A stretch of 64,000 bases of DNA from an uncultured Ardenticatenia bacterium (GTDB lineage: Bacteria; Chloroflexota; Anaerolineae; 4572-78; NAK82), in NCBI GenBank assembly GCA_937127125.1, contig CAKZLO010000063.1:8185-72184 (forward strand), written 5' to 3'. Of this stretch, positions 29,411 through 39,880 are shown piece by piece. Each line of letters begins with the position of its first letter. Position 1 is the first letter of the stretch. The position numbers and the translations under genes were made by a program. Below the pieces are notes generated by a model. That model was given only the letters and a program-made list of their open reading frames with translations. It had not been told where the DNA came from and did no database searches.

Positions 29411-31066
29411 GTGGTTCAGGTGATGACAGTCGCGTACCGCTATATCGAACGCCTTAAACGCCTCCTGCGGCGGGAAGAAGGCACGATTGTCAAGGATTGG
29501 GGAGGCCGACTTCCTGTGGTGTTGGCCTATCCCAATACCTACTACGTTGGCATGAGCAGCTTAGCGATCCATGCTTTGTATCGCCTGTTTAACCAGCGAC
29601 GCGATATCGTATGCGAACGGGTTTTCCACAGCCTGGAGGCTCATAAGCGCGAAGATACCCTGCCTCTCTCCGTGGAATCACAGCGCCCCATGCACGAATT
29701 CTCCGTCATCGCGTTTACCGTTTCGTACGAGCTGGACTACTTCCACATCGTGGATATGTTACGCCGAGCTGGGATCCCTCTTCTGACAGCTCAACGTGAC
29801 GAATCTTGGCCACTTTTGTTGGCAGGTGGTCCAGCGGTGTCGGCCAACCCTGAGCCATTGGCCGACATCATCGATGCCTTTGCTATCGGCGAAGCAGAAG
29901 CCCTTCTTCCATCTCTTTTGGAACTCTTGCCCGAGGCGTGTCGTTCCGAACGTAGCCATGCATTGCATCTGTTGGCCACTGTGCCCGGCATCTACGTTCC
30001 AGCACTCAAGAATGCGCCGGTGCGGCGCCTATGGCAACGTGACCTGAATCTCCAACCTGCTATTACGCAGATCTACACACCGCACACAGAGTTTGGCGAT
30101 CGTGGTCTGATCGAGATTGGGCGTGGTTGTTGGCGCGGCTGCCGTTTCTGCTTGGCTGGCTTCATCTACCGTCCAACGCGCTACGTCGGCCTGGAGGCCA
30201 TTCTGGACGCGGCACACCAGGTGCAGATGCACCGCGATAGGGTCGGCCTAGTCAGCGCGGCGGTGAATGACCACCCTCAAATTGATCAATTAGTGACTGA
30301 GCTGCGGCGTATGGGACTCAAGGTGGCAGTCTCCTCACTGCGGGTTGATGCCGTGTCCGAAACCCTTGTTCAGGCACTTGCTGAGAGCGATACTCAGACG
30401 CTCACCCTTGCACCTGAAGCTGGCTCCCCACGCCTGCGCCAGTTGATCAACAAACCTCAGGATGATACCCGGCTGTTTGAAGTGGTCGAGATGGCTGCTC
30501 GCTACGGTTTTCCCCAGGTCAAGATGTATTTCATGGTGGGTCACCCCGGTGAAACCGAAGCGGATGTGGAGGCGATTGTTGATCTGGTAGCAGCAGTCCG
30601 TGCCCGGTTTCCACGCCATCTCGTTATCAACGCGACTCCTTACGTGCCCAAGCCACACACACCCTTCCAATGGGCTGCCATGGCGTCGATCGACACTCTG
30701 GTGGCACGCATCGCCTACCTCGAGAAGCGTTTGCAGCGTATGCGGGTCACGGTGCGCTCAGACAGTCCTACTTGGGCCGCTGTGGAAGGTGTATTGGCGC
30801 GTGGCGACCGTCGTCTGGGAGCAGTTCTGACAGCGATGAAGCGTGTCAGCCTACAAGAATGGAAACGTGCTATGAAGCACGCGGGGTTGTCAGCGGAGGA
30901 GTTCTTGCGCGCCAGGTCTTACGACGAAGTGTTGCCATGGGCAGTGGTCGATTCAGGTGTGGCACAATCTTTTCTCGCACGTGAGAGGCAACGTGCGCAA
31001 GAGACGATGACCCAGAGTGCACTCGATGAAATACCAGAGCGAAAGGAGAAGAGCTACCCAGGCTGA
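29411..31066 (+). CDS. Radical SAM protein with N-terminal B12-binding-like domain
   Basis: CWRGCRFC, AGGP, APEAGS and PKPHTPFQW motifs. Confidence 0.88.
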   Translation: MVQVMTVAYRYIERLKRLLRREEGTIVKDWGGRLPVVLAYPNTYYVGMSSLAIHALYRLFNQRRDIVCERVFHSLEAHKREDTLPLSVESQRPMHEFSVIAFTVSYELDYFHIVDMLRRAGIPLLTAQRDESWPLLLAGGPAVSANPEPLADIIDAFAIGEAEALLPSLLELLPEACRSERSHALHLLATVPGIYVPALKNAPVRRLWQRDLNLQPAITQIYTPHTEFGDRGLIEIGRGCWRGCRFCLAGFIYRPTRYVGLEAILDAAHQVQMHRDRVGLVSAAVNDHPQIDQLVTELRRMGLKVAVSSLRVDAVSETLVQALAESDTQTLTLAPEAGSPRLRQLINKPQDDTRLFEVVEMAARYGFPQVKMYFMVGHPGETEADVEAIVDLVAAVRARFPRHLVINATPYVPKPHTPFQWAAMASIDTLVARIAYLEKRLQRMRVTVRSDSPTWAAVEGVLARGDRRLGAVLTAMKRVSLQEWKRAMKHAGLSAEEFLRARSYDEVLPWAVVDSGVAQSFLARERQRAQETMTQSALDEIPERKEKSYPG

Positions 31067-31136
31067 AGGTGTGTCTTTCTCGAAACAGCACACCAGTATT
31101 TGGTGCTCGCTCCGTTTCCGGGCATAATATGCATCC

Positions 31137-33611
31137 ATGAAAAAAGGGCTAATGTGGTTGGTGGGGCTGGCATATGCAGTGGCACTTGCGGCGGCATGTA
31201 CGCGCCAGGCGCCCGCACGTCCTCTGGCGACCCGTCCTCCGTTTGAACTGGCGCTGGGGTTATCCCCTATGCCGACGCGCACGCCAACGCCTACCTTCAC
31301 AGCTACACCAACTGCGACTGCTACGGCCACCCCTACGCCGACACCTACCCAAACACCCACCGCTACCCCTGTGCCCAGCCAGAGGATGGCCTCTGCCATG
31401 CAGGCCTTCGAGTGGGGCGACTATGAACACGCCTCCCAGGAATTCGACGCGCTACATGCCGACCTTGGCGCCAATGACGACGAGCGTCGCGACGCTGCCT
31501 TCTGGCGTGCGCGCAGTCGCATTGAGGCTTCTGACTATGCCGGTGCAGCAGCTGCACTGAAGGAGTTTATCGCTGCCTACCCGACCGACCGGCGCATAGC
31601 AGCCGCACAGTTTATGCTCGCCCGCGCTTATGAAGGTCTGGAAGACTGGCGCAACGCTATTGCAGCCTATCGTCAGTACCTGCGCCTCAGCACCACATTG
31701 GCTATGGAAGCGTACGATGGCATTGGAAAAGCTGCCATCCGGCTGGGCGACTACGCGACCGCTGTGCAGGCGTACACAGAAGGCGTGCAAGCGGCTCAAG
31801 AGAACTCATGGCTGGTTTACATGCGTGAGGGTATTGCTCAGGCAGAGATGGCGCGTAATCGCCCACAGGAGGCGGCAAAACAGTACGATGCCATTTTGGG
31901 TGTGGCACGCATTGACGCCTATCGTTCGCGCATCCTGTACCTGGCGGCACAAGCACTTATTCAGGCGGGCGACCAACGCGCAGCACAGCAGCGGTATCTG
32001 GAAGCAGTCAATCGTTATCCTACCACCCAGTATGCCTATCTATCGCTGATCGAATTGATCAACGCAGGAGTAGCTGTGGACGACTACCAGCGCGGTCTGG
32101 TGGACTACTATGCCAAGGCGTACCAGCCAGCCATTGACGCCTTAACCCGCGTGGTGCAGCGTAAACTAGATGCACGAGGGGGCGACGCGTTATGGTACCT
32201 GGCATTATCACTAAAGGCAAATGGCAATCTCAGCCAGTCCATCCAACGTTTTCAGGAATTGATCAACAAAGTGCCCCAGAACAAGCATTTCGGCGAGGCC
32301 TGGTTGGAAATGGCCGCTGCGTACGCGCTGCGCAAGGACACGGAACAGGCGCTACGAACCTACCGCCAGTTTGCGACCCAATATCCTGCATCTCCCTTGG
32401 CGCCTCAGGCGCTATGGAGGGCAGCAATCTTGCAAGTTTCCATGGGTGACCTGACAGGTGCTGCCAAGACCTACCGTGACATGGCAACACTTTATCCTCA
32501 GGCAGAGAACGTTCCCCAGGCACTCTTTAATGCTGCCTTGCTCGACTACCAACGTGGCGACTACGCCGCAGCACGCACGGCTTGGCAAGCATTGGTACAA
32601 AAGTACCCTAACAGTGATTCTGCCACTGCTGCACGTTTCTGGATCGGCAAGGCGTGGTTGGCCTTAGGTGAACAAGAGCAAGCTAGACAGGCTTTGCGGG
32701 CGGCTAATCGCTGGGCACCCCAGTCGTACTACGGGCTGCGGGCCGCTGAATTACTGGCCGGAGTAGCAGCGCTACGCTCTGGGGGTTTTAATGGACAGAT
32801 GACCGAACCGAACTCCGATCAGAGGGAAGCGGAAGCATGGCTGACGAGCTGGCTCGATGCCTCAGCCAGCAGTGCACTAGCGGCGTTGCCACCCAAGATC
32901 ACGAATTTGCCGGCCTGGCAACGCGGTGAGGCACTTTTGGAAGTGGGGCGTCGCGTCCAGGCATTGGAGGAGTTTGAGAAAATCAAACAGCAATGGTGGG
33001 ATGATGCCTTAGCAATGTACCAGCTGGCATTGGCATTCCGCGAGCGAGGGCTCTATCGTCTTTCCATCTTGTGCGCCGGGCGCCTCATCCGCCTGGCACC
33101 AGCCGAGCAGCGTTCTATGGTGCCTCTATTCATTCATAAAATATCTTATCCGCTGCATTTCCGCGAGCTCGTGATTGCCCAGGCAAAGGCATACGACATA
33201 GATCCCCTGCTGCTTCTGGCTTTGATTCGCCAGGAGAGTCTGTTTGAACCTTCCATTACTTCCATAGCCGATGCGCGCGGCCTAGCTCAAGTGATTCCAC
33301 CGACTGGAGAATGGATTGCCAACCAGCTTGGATGGACGAAATGGCAGCCAGACGATCTCTGGCGTCCGATGGTAAGTGTCCTCTTTGGAGCATACTACCT
33401 GCATGTGCAGCTAAATGCCTTTGATGGACAGGTTGTCCCAGCGCTGATGGCATACAACGCCGGGCCGGGCAGGGTGCGTCAGTGGCTGGCCAGCTTTCCT
33501 GATGTAGACCTGCTGGTTGAGACGACGCCTTTCTCAGAACCTGCAAGGTATGTGCGACTGATCTATGCCAATTACTACAGCTACCGACAGATCTATCGGC
33601 CAGGCTCGTAA
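31137..33611 (+). CDS. Lipoprotein: Pro/Thr linker + TPR repeats + soluble lytic transglycosylase domain
   Basis: LAAAC lipobox, TPR repeats, IRQESLF, ARGLAQV and AYNAG motifs. Confidence 0.9.
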   Translation: MKKGLMWLVGLAYAVALAAACTRQAPARPLATRPPFELALGLSPMPTRTPTPTFTATPTATATATPTPTPTQTPTATPVPSQRMASAMQAFEWGDYEHASQEFDALHADLGANDDERRDAAFWRARSRIEASDYAGAAAALKEFIAAYPTDRRIAAAQFMLARAYEGLEDWRNAIAAYRQYLRLSTTLAMEAYDGIGKAAIRLGDYATAVQAYTEGVQAAQENSWLVYMREGIAQAEMARNRPQEAAKQYDAILGVARIDAYRSRILYLAAQALIQAGDQRAAQQRYLEAVNRYPTTQYAYLSLIELINAGVAVDDYQRGLVDYYAKAYQPAIDALTRVVQRKLDARGGDALWYLALSLKANGNLSQSIQRFQELINKVPQNKHFGEAWLEMAAAYALRKDTEQALRTYRQFATQYPASPLAPQALWRAAILQVSMGDLTGAAKTYRDMATLYPQAENVPQALFNAALLDYQRGDYAAARTAWQALVQKYPNSDSATAARFWIGKAWLALGEQEQARQALRAANRWAPQSYYGLRAAELLAGVAALRSGGFNGQMTEPNSDQREAEAWLTSWLDASASSALAALPPKITNLPAWQRGEALLEVGRRVQALEEFEKIKQQWWDDALAMYQLALAFRERGLYRLSILCAGRLIRLAPAEQRSMVPLFIHKISYPLHFRELVIAQAKAYDIDPLLLLALIRQESLFEPSITSIADARGLAQVIPPTGEWIANQLGWTKWQPDDLWRPMVSVLFGAYYLHVQLNAFDGQVVPALMAYNAGPGRVRQWLASFPDVDLLVETTPFSEPARYVRLIYANYYSYRQIYRPGS
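31272..31375 (+). repeat. Low-complexity Pro/Thr/Ala linker
   Basis: PTRTPTPTFTATPTATATATPTPTPTQTPTATPVP. Confidence 0.7.
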
Positions 33612-33749
33612 GCCCAATTCTTTCTGACAATCTATAATATCTATATACTTTCCAATTTTTTACGCCCAGGCACTTGTATTCCGTAGTGATTTATGGTAAA
33701 ATACATTACGTAAACATTATCGGTGAGCCTCGCCTAAGGAGAACAAACC

Positions 33750-34949
33750 ATGAGTGCAACAACAAAGAGTTCGTATCGCGCGGCCCTGCTGGCTGGCGTT
33801 GTTGGATTAGTGGTAGGCATCCTCATCGGCTGGCTGGCAATTGGTTGGCTGCTCTGGCCCGTCCAGTATGTAGGTGAAGCATATACCTACGAGCTCAACC
33901 TGCCCGACAAGATAAATTATGTGGCCGCTTTGGTCGACTCCTATAGCTTGCGCCGCCAAGTTGATCTGGTCCGTCAACGCCTTGCCAGCTGGCCTCTCGA
34001 GGACAAGATTACCACGCTCGCTGAGCTGTATGCCCGATATGAGCGTGAAGGTATGGCGGTCGAGGCACACCAGATCGTGGAGTTGACTGGTCAGCTCAAG
34101 CAAGTGGAAGGCTGGGACGCCAGCGTGGTCAACACGACTCTCAGTTCCCTTGTAGCACGCTATCTTGAACAAGGTGACAGGGAGCGAGCCCAGTTCATCA
34201 GCCTGTTTGGCAGCGAGATTGGACTGGTGTCCGCCTCGCCGGGTGAGGAGGCAGCACCGCCCGCAGCCCGGGCGGCGCCATCACCAGCTGCAGGTGGTGC
34301 TGTTGAATGGATCTTGCCCATTCTGCTCGCAGTACTTGGCGTGGTCGTTGTGGTGCTTGTGGTGTTGTTCTTGATGCAACGTCGCAGCGTCCGGACCACG
34401 GCGAAGCCTACAAGGGGTGCTCCTTCTGCACCAGTTATGGTACCATCTGAACCTGGCGCGTTACTCTCCACCCTTAGTACATATGAGTTGGGTATGGACA
34501 GTTTCGATGAGTCGTTCTCCATCGAGGAGAATGGCGTCTTCAAAGGCGAATGCGGCATGGGTATCTCCGAGGTGATAGGCGAGGACAGGCCGCGCAAGGT
34601 GGTAGCGCTCGAACTCTGGTTGTTTGATAAGGGTGACATCCGCACTATCACAAAAGTGCTGGCAAGCGAATATGCTTACAATGACGAGCTATTGCGCAAT
34701 CGCCTATCGGCACGGGGAGAAGCTGTTCTTGCTCAACCTGGCACAACACTCGTGCTGGAAACCGCAGCTCTTTCCCTGAAGGCGACTGTGCTGGAAGTAG
34801 AGTATGGGACCGGTGAAGACGTCCCACCGCGCAGTTTCTTCAAGAGGGTGAATGTGGCACTCTCCGCGCGCTCGAAAACAACGGGGGCTGAAGAGATGCC
34901 CGTAGTGCCGGAAGAGATGGGGTCAGCGCCAGAAGAACCATCTATGTAG
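33750..34949 (+). CDS. Hypothetical membrane protein (two TM helices)
   Basis: AAGGAG RBS; long ORF; C-terminal domain FDESFSIE...GECGMG...WLFDK of unknown function. Confidence 0.8.
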   Translation: MSATTKSSYRAALLAGVVGLVVGILIGWLAIGWLLWPVQYVGEAYTYELNLPDKINYVAALVDSYSLRRQVDLVRQRLASWPLEDKITTLAELYARYEREGMAVEAHQIVELTGQLKQVEGWDASVVNTTLSSLVARYLEQGDRERAQFISLFGSEIGLVSASPGEEAAPPAARAAPSPAAGGAVEWILPILLAVLGVVVVVLVVLFLMQRRSVRTTAKPTRGAPSAPVMVPSEPGALLSTLSTYELGMDSFDESFSIEENGVFKGECGMGISEVIGEDRPRKVVALELWLFDKGDIRTITKVLASEYAYNDELLRNRLSARGEAVLAQPGTTLVLETAALSLKATVLEVEYGTGEDVPPRSFFKRVNVALSARSKTTGAEEMPVVPEEMGSAPEEPSM

Positions 34950-35006
34950 GGGTGTCCCTCACATTAATGCTATATGTGGAGCTATCGAAACTACTCGGCG
35001 GACACA

Positions 35007-36191
35007 CTACACGCGTTCTAGTGGGTCAAACAGCTTTTGATACTCTTGCTGTGCAAAGCGATCTGTCATACCGGCTAGATAGTCGCAGACGACTCGCTCT
35101 GGGCTTTCCTGAATGTCATCGCTGCTGCGTGCGCGCATCAGGCGTTCCTGTACCTGCCATGGTAGTAGCCATGGCTCTGCCAGATACAGGCGGAACAGGC
35201 GAGAAAGCAAGCGCTGTGCTTTGTTCGCCATACGCATGACGCGCCAGTGGCGGTAGAGGTTGTGGTACAGAAAGTCTTTCATTTCGCGGTTGTAACGTTG
35301 CATTGCTGGAGTGTGTGCGACGACATTCTCGGGCAAAGCGCGTATGTCATCCGGTGAACCAACGTGGCTTTCTCGTAGCCGTTTATCGGTCTCAGCGACC
35401 AGATCTGTCACTTCACAGCCAATCATACGGCGGATGATGCGGTGGCGATCCATCTCAGAGAGGTTGGTGGTTGCGTCAACATTTAGCGCGCTGGTGATCT
35501 CGCGCCACAGTCCCACCTCTTTGAGCTGTTGTGGCAACAACAGGCCAGAACGCAGCCCATCATCCAGATCAGATGTGATATAGGCAATCTCATCGGCAGC
35601 ATTAACAATCTGACATTCCAAAGTGCCACGACGGCACAGCGTGTCCGCGAGGGTTGCTGGGCAATCATATTCCGTCTCGTGCTTCATGATACCTTCACGT
35701 ACTTCCCACGAAAGGTTGAGGCCGTCGAAGTCGGGGAAGCGTTTTTCCAGCTTCTCAACGATGCGCAGGCTTTGCAGGTTATGGTCAAACCCGCCATGGT
35801 TCTTCATCAATGTATTCAGAGTAGCTTCTCCACTGTGACCAAATGGGCCGTGTCCCAAATCGTGCGCGAGACAGATAGCCTCAGTAAGATCCTCGTTGGC
35901 GCGCAGCGCGCGTGCAACGGTTCGTCCGATCTGGGCTACTTCCAAGGTGTGCGTGAGACGCGTGCGATAGTAATCGCCTTCGCTAGTAATGAAAACTTGC
36001 GTCTTATACTCCAGCCGTCTGAAGGCGGTAGTGTGCAGGATGCGATCACGATCACGCTGGTAAACCGTGCGGTAAGCATGTTCTTCTTCGGGATACTCTC
36101 GCCCTCGCGTATGACGACTTTTCATGGCGTAGGGTGCCAGACGTTCGATCTCTTGTTGCTCCATCTCTTCGCGTGACAGGATCATACCCAC
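35007..36191 (-). CDS. dgt: Deoxyguanosinetriphosphate triphosphohydrolase
   Basis: YQRDRDRI, KTQVF, RTRLTHTLEV, HDLGHGPFGH and DYLAGMTD motifs. Confidence 0.95.
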   Translation of the reverse strand: MGMILSREEMEQQEIERLAPYAMKSRHTRGREYPEEEHAYRTVYQRDRDRILHTTAFRRLEYKTQVFITSEGDYYRTRLTHTLEVAQIGRTVARALRANEDLTEAICLAHDLGHGPFGHSGEATLNTLMKNHGGFDHNLQSLRIVEKLEKRFPDFDGLNLSWEVREGIMKHETEYDCPATLADTLCRRGTLECQIVNAADEIAYITSDLDDGLRSGLLLPQQLKEVGLWREITSALNVDATTNLSEMDRHRIIRRMIGCEVTDLVAETDKRLRESHVGSPDDIRALPENVVAHTPAMQRYNREMKDFLYHNLYRHWRVMRMANKAQRLLSRLFRLYLAEPWLLPWQVQERLMRARSSDDIQESPERVVCDYLAGMTDRFAQQEYQKLFDPLERV

Positions 36192-36291
36192 TCCCTCAAA
36201 CTGTATTCTTTACACCGGACAGGTGGGTTGCTAATGCGCCATAGCAGTGTTTACGTAAGTTTATTGTAGCCGATAGGAGGAGGTATCGTCA

Positions 36292-37146
36292 ATGAAAACT
36301 GTAGAAAATGGAGGGGACAGGTTTATAGCGCTATATCGAGAAACGATATGGAAGTGCTGGTTGGTATGTGTGATCGGTTTGATCGTAATATTACTCACGG
36401 CAAAACCGGTGTATGCACAGGGTGGTGTTGTGTACGTGGTGCAACCGGGCGATACATTGACCAACATTGCCGCGCGTTACGGCCTGACATTAGCGCAGCT
36501 GGCTGCTGCAAACGGACTACCGTGGAACGCATGGGTGTATGTTGGGCAACGACTGACCATTCCTGGCACCACACAGACACCAATTGCATCTCCCGCTCCC
36601 AGTGGTAGCACGCACGTTGTACAGCGAGGCGATACGCTCTCTTCGATCGCTCTGCGCTATGGCACCACAGTAGCAGCACTCATGGCAGCGAACGGACTGA
36701 CAAATCCTAACTTTATCTACATTGGGCAACGATTGGTCATCCCTGGCAGGTCTACGGCACCCGCACTCCCCTCCCCTCCAATCGCCGACTACGGTGCCAA
36801 GTGGATCGACGTGGACCTGACACGCCAGATCTTACGTGCTTATACTGGTCAGACGCAGGTCTTCCAGACATTTGTTTCTACTGGCCTGCCGAGCACGCCC
36901 ACAGTCACAGGCTCCTACCGCATTTACGCAAAATATGTGTCGGCACCGATGTCAGGGCCAGGATACTACTTGCCCAATGTGCCCTACATAATGTACTTCT
37001 ACCGCGGTTACGCGCTACACGGCACCTATTGGCACAGCAACTTCGGGCGACCGATGAGTCATGGTTGTGTCAATCTCGCGGTAGCGGATGCGGAGTGGCT
37101 GTTTAACTGGGCAGAGGTGGGCACACTTGTGGTGGTTCATTATTGA
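36292..37146 (+). CDS. LysM-LysM-YkuD L,D-transpeptidase
   Basis: Two LysM repeats; HGTYW...SHGCVN; start may be 36348. Confidence 0.92.
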   Translation: MKTVENGGDRFIALYRETIWKCWLVCVIGLIVILLTAKPVYAQGGVVYVVQPGDTLTNIAARYGLTLAQLAAANGLPWNAWVYVGQRLTIPGTTQTPIASPAPSGSTHVVQRGDTLSSIALRYGTTVAALMAANGLTNPNFIYIGQRLVIPGRSTAPALPSPPIADYGAKWIDVDLTRQILRAYTGQTQVFQTFVSTGLPSTPTVTGSYRIYAKYVSAPMSGPGYYLPNVPYIMYFYRGYALHGTYWHSNFGRPMSHGCVNLAVADAEWLFNWAEVGTLVVVHY

Positions 37147-37168
37147 TGAGATTTTGACCGATGAGCAT

Positions 37169-38149
37169 CTACTGTGCTAACAGCTGCTGTTCAATGACAT
37201 CCACCGGTACACGGCACAAGCGTTGCACACCGGATCGCTTCCTCAACCAGTGTGGCAGCCTCATCAACCCGGCCAGCTGACCGAGCAATCGGGCGCGTGC
37301 TGCCTCACCGCGCCACGACCTCAGTGCTTCGTTGGCGATGTGACACTGCGCTCGGATGACTGCCCGCCAGTGTCGCCGCCATAGCGCAGCAGGATAGTTC
37401 TTTGCCAAGACCCAGATAGTGTTGCGACCGGTGAAGTAGCTGGCAATCTTGCCTCCGCCCGTGGCGCTTAGCTTGTGGTATACCACCGCCTGAGGCACAA
37501 AGATACACCGATAGCCAGCCAGCTGAGCACGCCAGTTCAGATCGACGTCCTCGCAATACATGAACAGATCCTCGTCGAAGAAGCCGATGTCATCAAGCAT
37601 CTTGCGATGGTAGCAAGCTGCTCCTCCGCACGCTCCCCATATGTATTCTTCGCGGTCGTACTGACCCTCATCCCGTTGCCACACGCCACGGTTGGCTGGG
37701 ATGCCGTCCACACCACACATATCACCGGCGGAATGCAGCACATCGCGTCGATCGAACAACAGAATCTTGCTGGCAGCCATGCCCGCTTCAGGATGACGTT
37801 GCAGAGCTCGGACAAGCTGGGCAGCCCACTCAGGCGTCACCTCTGTGTCGTTGTTGAGCGATCCAATCAGCTCACCGCTTGCCATCTGGAGGCCACGATT
37901 CATAGCACCCGTGAGTCCCAGGTTGCGTCCCAAAGCAAGCGTATGCACTTCCGGATAGCAAGTCCGGAGCAGCTCCAGCGATTCATCCGTAGATGCATTG
38001 TCCACAACGATGATTTCCAACCGTGGATAAGTCTGCAGACGTAATGCATCAAGGCAGGTGCGCAAGTGATACGCACCATTCCAGTTGGGGATGATAACGG
38101 AAAGTAGGGGAAGGTTACCCTTGGGTTGCATCGAGGCACTTTTCAGCAA
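37169..38149 (-). CDS. Glycosyltransferase family 2
   Basis: SVIIPNWN, VDNAS, LNND and YCEDVD motifs. Confidence 0.92.
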   Translation of the reverse strand: MLKSASMQPKGNLPLLSVIIPNWNGAYHLRTCLDALRLQTYPRLEIIVVDNASTDESLELLRTCYPEVHTLALGRNLGLTGAMNRGLQMASGELIGSLNNDTEVTPEWAAQLVRALQRHPEAGMAASKILLFDRRDVLHSAGDMCGVDGIPANRGVWQRDEGQYDREEYIWGACGGAACYHRKMLDDIGFFDEDLFMYCEDVDLNWRAQLAGYRCIFVPQAVVYHKLSATGGGKIASYFTGRNTIWVLAKNYPAALWRRHWRAVIRAQCHIANEALRSWRGEAARARLLGQLAGLMRLPHWLRKRSGVQRLCRVPVDVIEQQLLAQ

Positions 38150-38173
38150 CTTAACAGGTGATGCCGTGCTCTC

Positions 38174-39406
38174 TCATACGATATCGCCCAGCACACGCCT
38201 CAGCCGCCCCCACCAGTCCAGCGTGGGTTCCTCTTCCGGCTGCGCCGGCGACGGAAGCACAGCATGCTGGTAGGCAGCCAGCAGGTCACCACGTCCGCTT
38301 CCCTGCGCCGTGGGCATCTCATTAAGGTCAAGGGCACCTCTTAACAATGCACGCTTGATATCTTGCGGTTTGAGGTCTGGATGCGCTTGCAGGAGCAACG
38401 CAGCGGCACCAGAAGCATGGGGTGTCGCCATACTGGTTCCCGACATCTCCGCATAGTTTTGCTGCATCGGGCGGCCCACCCGGGCGTTGCTGGCACGCGC
38501 GGAGACAATGTTTGTCCCCGGGAAGACAATGTCTGGCTTGATGCGTCCATCCAGAGTGGGACCACGCGAGGAAAATTGGGCCACATGGTCCATATCGTCT
38601 GCGGCTCCAACTGTGATCACCCAGCGTGCAACACCTGGCGCGCCAATCGTGGAGCGACTTGGCCCATTGTTACCTGCTGCAACGCATATGACAATTCCCA
38701 GCTGCCGTACTACCTGATCGCACAACGTAGAAAGGGCATCAGTACCATCGCCGGGTGTATCACTCCCCATGGACAGATTGATCACGTGTACGTCCTGAGT
38801 CACCGCCCATTCAATACCGGCTATGACATCGCTCATCATCCCGTTGCCGTTGGCATCCAGCACCTTGGCGATGTACAGACTGGCTGCCGGGGCGACTCCT
38901 CGGAAACGACCACCGGAGGCGGCCCCGCTTCCGGCAGCGATACCTGCCACATGGGTACCGTGTCCGTTGTCGTCGCTCCCGTCACCATTTACAAAGCTGG
39001 TCATTGCTGCAATACGCCCTGCAAAGTCCGGGTGCTGGGGATCAATACCGGTATCTAGAATCGCGATGCGGATCCCTTCGCCGCGCAATCCCAGATTCCA
39101 CACCTGCGGAGCCCGGATACGCGGAACAGAGACATCCAGGCAGGTGTGCACGGGTAGGTCAGACCAGACATATTCTACGTTTTCATCCTCGCTTAACACT
39201 TCGATGTGAGACGCTGGTACTTCCATGGCAGTCGCAGAGACCAAACGATACTGGTGACGGATGTTGATCTCACCCGTCCTGAGAGCATTGGCAGCTGTAG
39301 CAATGAAAGTAGGGGCTTCGCGATGACGCACAATAATGCGGAGCGGCTGTGCCGAAGCAGCTGAGCGCATATGCATTTGCAGATCGGGTGAGATTTTATA
39401 GGCCAT
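38174..39406 (-). CDS. S8 subtilisin-like serine protease with propeptide (no signal peptide)
   Basis: LDTG, HGTHVAG, GTSMATP catalytic triad; purine-rich RBS before MAYKISP. Confidence 0.93.
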   Translation of the reverse strand: MAYKISPDLQMHMRSAASAQPLRIIVRHREAPTFIATAANALRTGEINIRHQYRLVSATAMEVPASHIEVLSEDENVEYVWSDLPVHTCLDVSVPRIRAPQVWNLGLRGEGIRIAILDTGIDPQHPDFAGRIAAMTSFVNGDGSDDNGHGTHVAGIAAGSGAASGGRFRGVAPAASLYIAKVLDANGNGMMSDVIAGIEWAVTQDVHVINLSMGSDTPGDGTDALSTLCDQVVRQLGIVICVAAGNNGPSRSTIGAPGVARWVITVGAADDMDHVAQFSSRGPTLDGRIKPDIVFPGTNIVSARASNARVGRPMQQNYAEMSGTSMATPHASGAAALLLQAHPDLKPQDIKRALLRGALDLNEMPTAQGSGRGDLLAAYQHAVLPSPAQPEEEPTLDWWGRLRRVLGDIV

Positions 39407-39423
39407 CCTCTTTCTCCCTGCAG

Positions 39424-39690
39424 TTACATCGCGGTGACAGGTTGGTCTTCCTCGACACTGAGGACCCACGCTTCGTCCAACAACGACAGAGCGGCACGAG
39501 CGTGGCCTCGCACAGATACACCCGGCAACAAACGAAACTGGTGTCTCACAGTAAGGCCTAATTCAGCAATTCGCGGGAGGTAAGGCGCAGGATCTCCATT
39601 GGTACGCACAATGAGTGCCACGACGTTCTCAGGAGCTGCTCCCAATTTCTCACGCAGTGCCAGTGTGATCTTCTCCATAGCGGTCATCAC
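39424..39690 (-). CDS. Stand-alone subtilase propeptide / I9-like inhibitor
   Basis: Aligns by eye with the propeptide of the adjacent S8 protease; AAGGAG RBS. Confidence 0.75.
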   Translation of the reverse strand: MMTAMEKITLALREKLGAAPENVVALIVRTNGDPAPYLPRIAELGLTVRHQFRLLPGVSVRGHARAALSLLDEAWVLSVEEDQPVTAM

Positions 39691-39726
39691 TCCTTGTGAT
39701 TGCCCTGGTCAGGCTTCACATTATTA

Positions 39727-39756
39727 ATCATACTACGACGCATGCAACTATGTCAA
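39727..39756 (-). promoter_or_regulatory. Sigma70-type promoter for the inhibitor/S8/GT2 genes
   Basis: TTGACA-18bp-TATGAT on the minus strand. Confidence 0.6.
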
Positions 39757-39866
39757 CGACACTGTAACGTCCCATAGGCTAAATGACAGCCCCACAGAGT
39801 CTTTCTGCGCGCCGGTCCAATTGGTGCGTTTTCTGCGATCCCCCGTTGTCTGCTGGGTGCAATCTA

Positions 39867-39880
39867 CGAACATTTGTTCT
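39867..39880. promoter_or_regulatory. Putative LexA (SOS) box, Gram-positive type
   Basis: CGAACATTTGTTCT matches GAAC-N4-GTTC. Confidence 0.55.

Noticed and set aside
38363-39058. Long antisense or alternate-frame ORFs (also 5921..6604, 40328..41023, 47296..48114, 48598..49425)
   Set aside because: Shadow frames of well-supported genes, expected in GC-rich coding DNA
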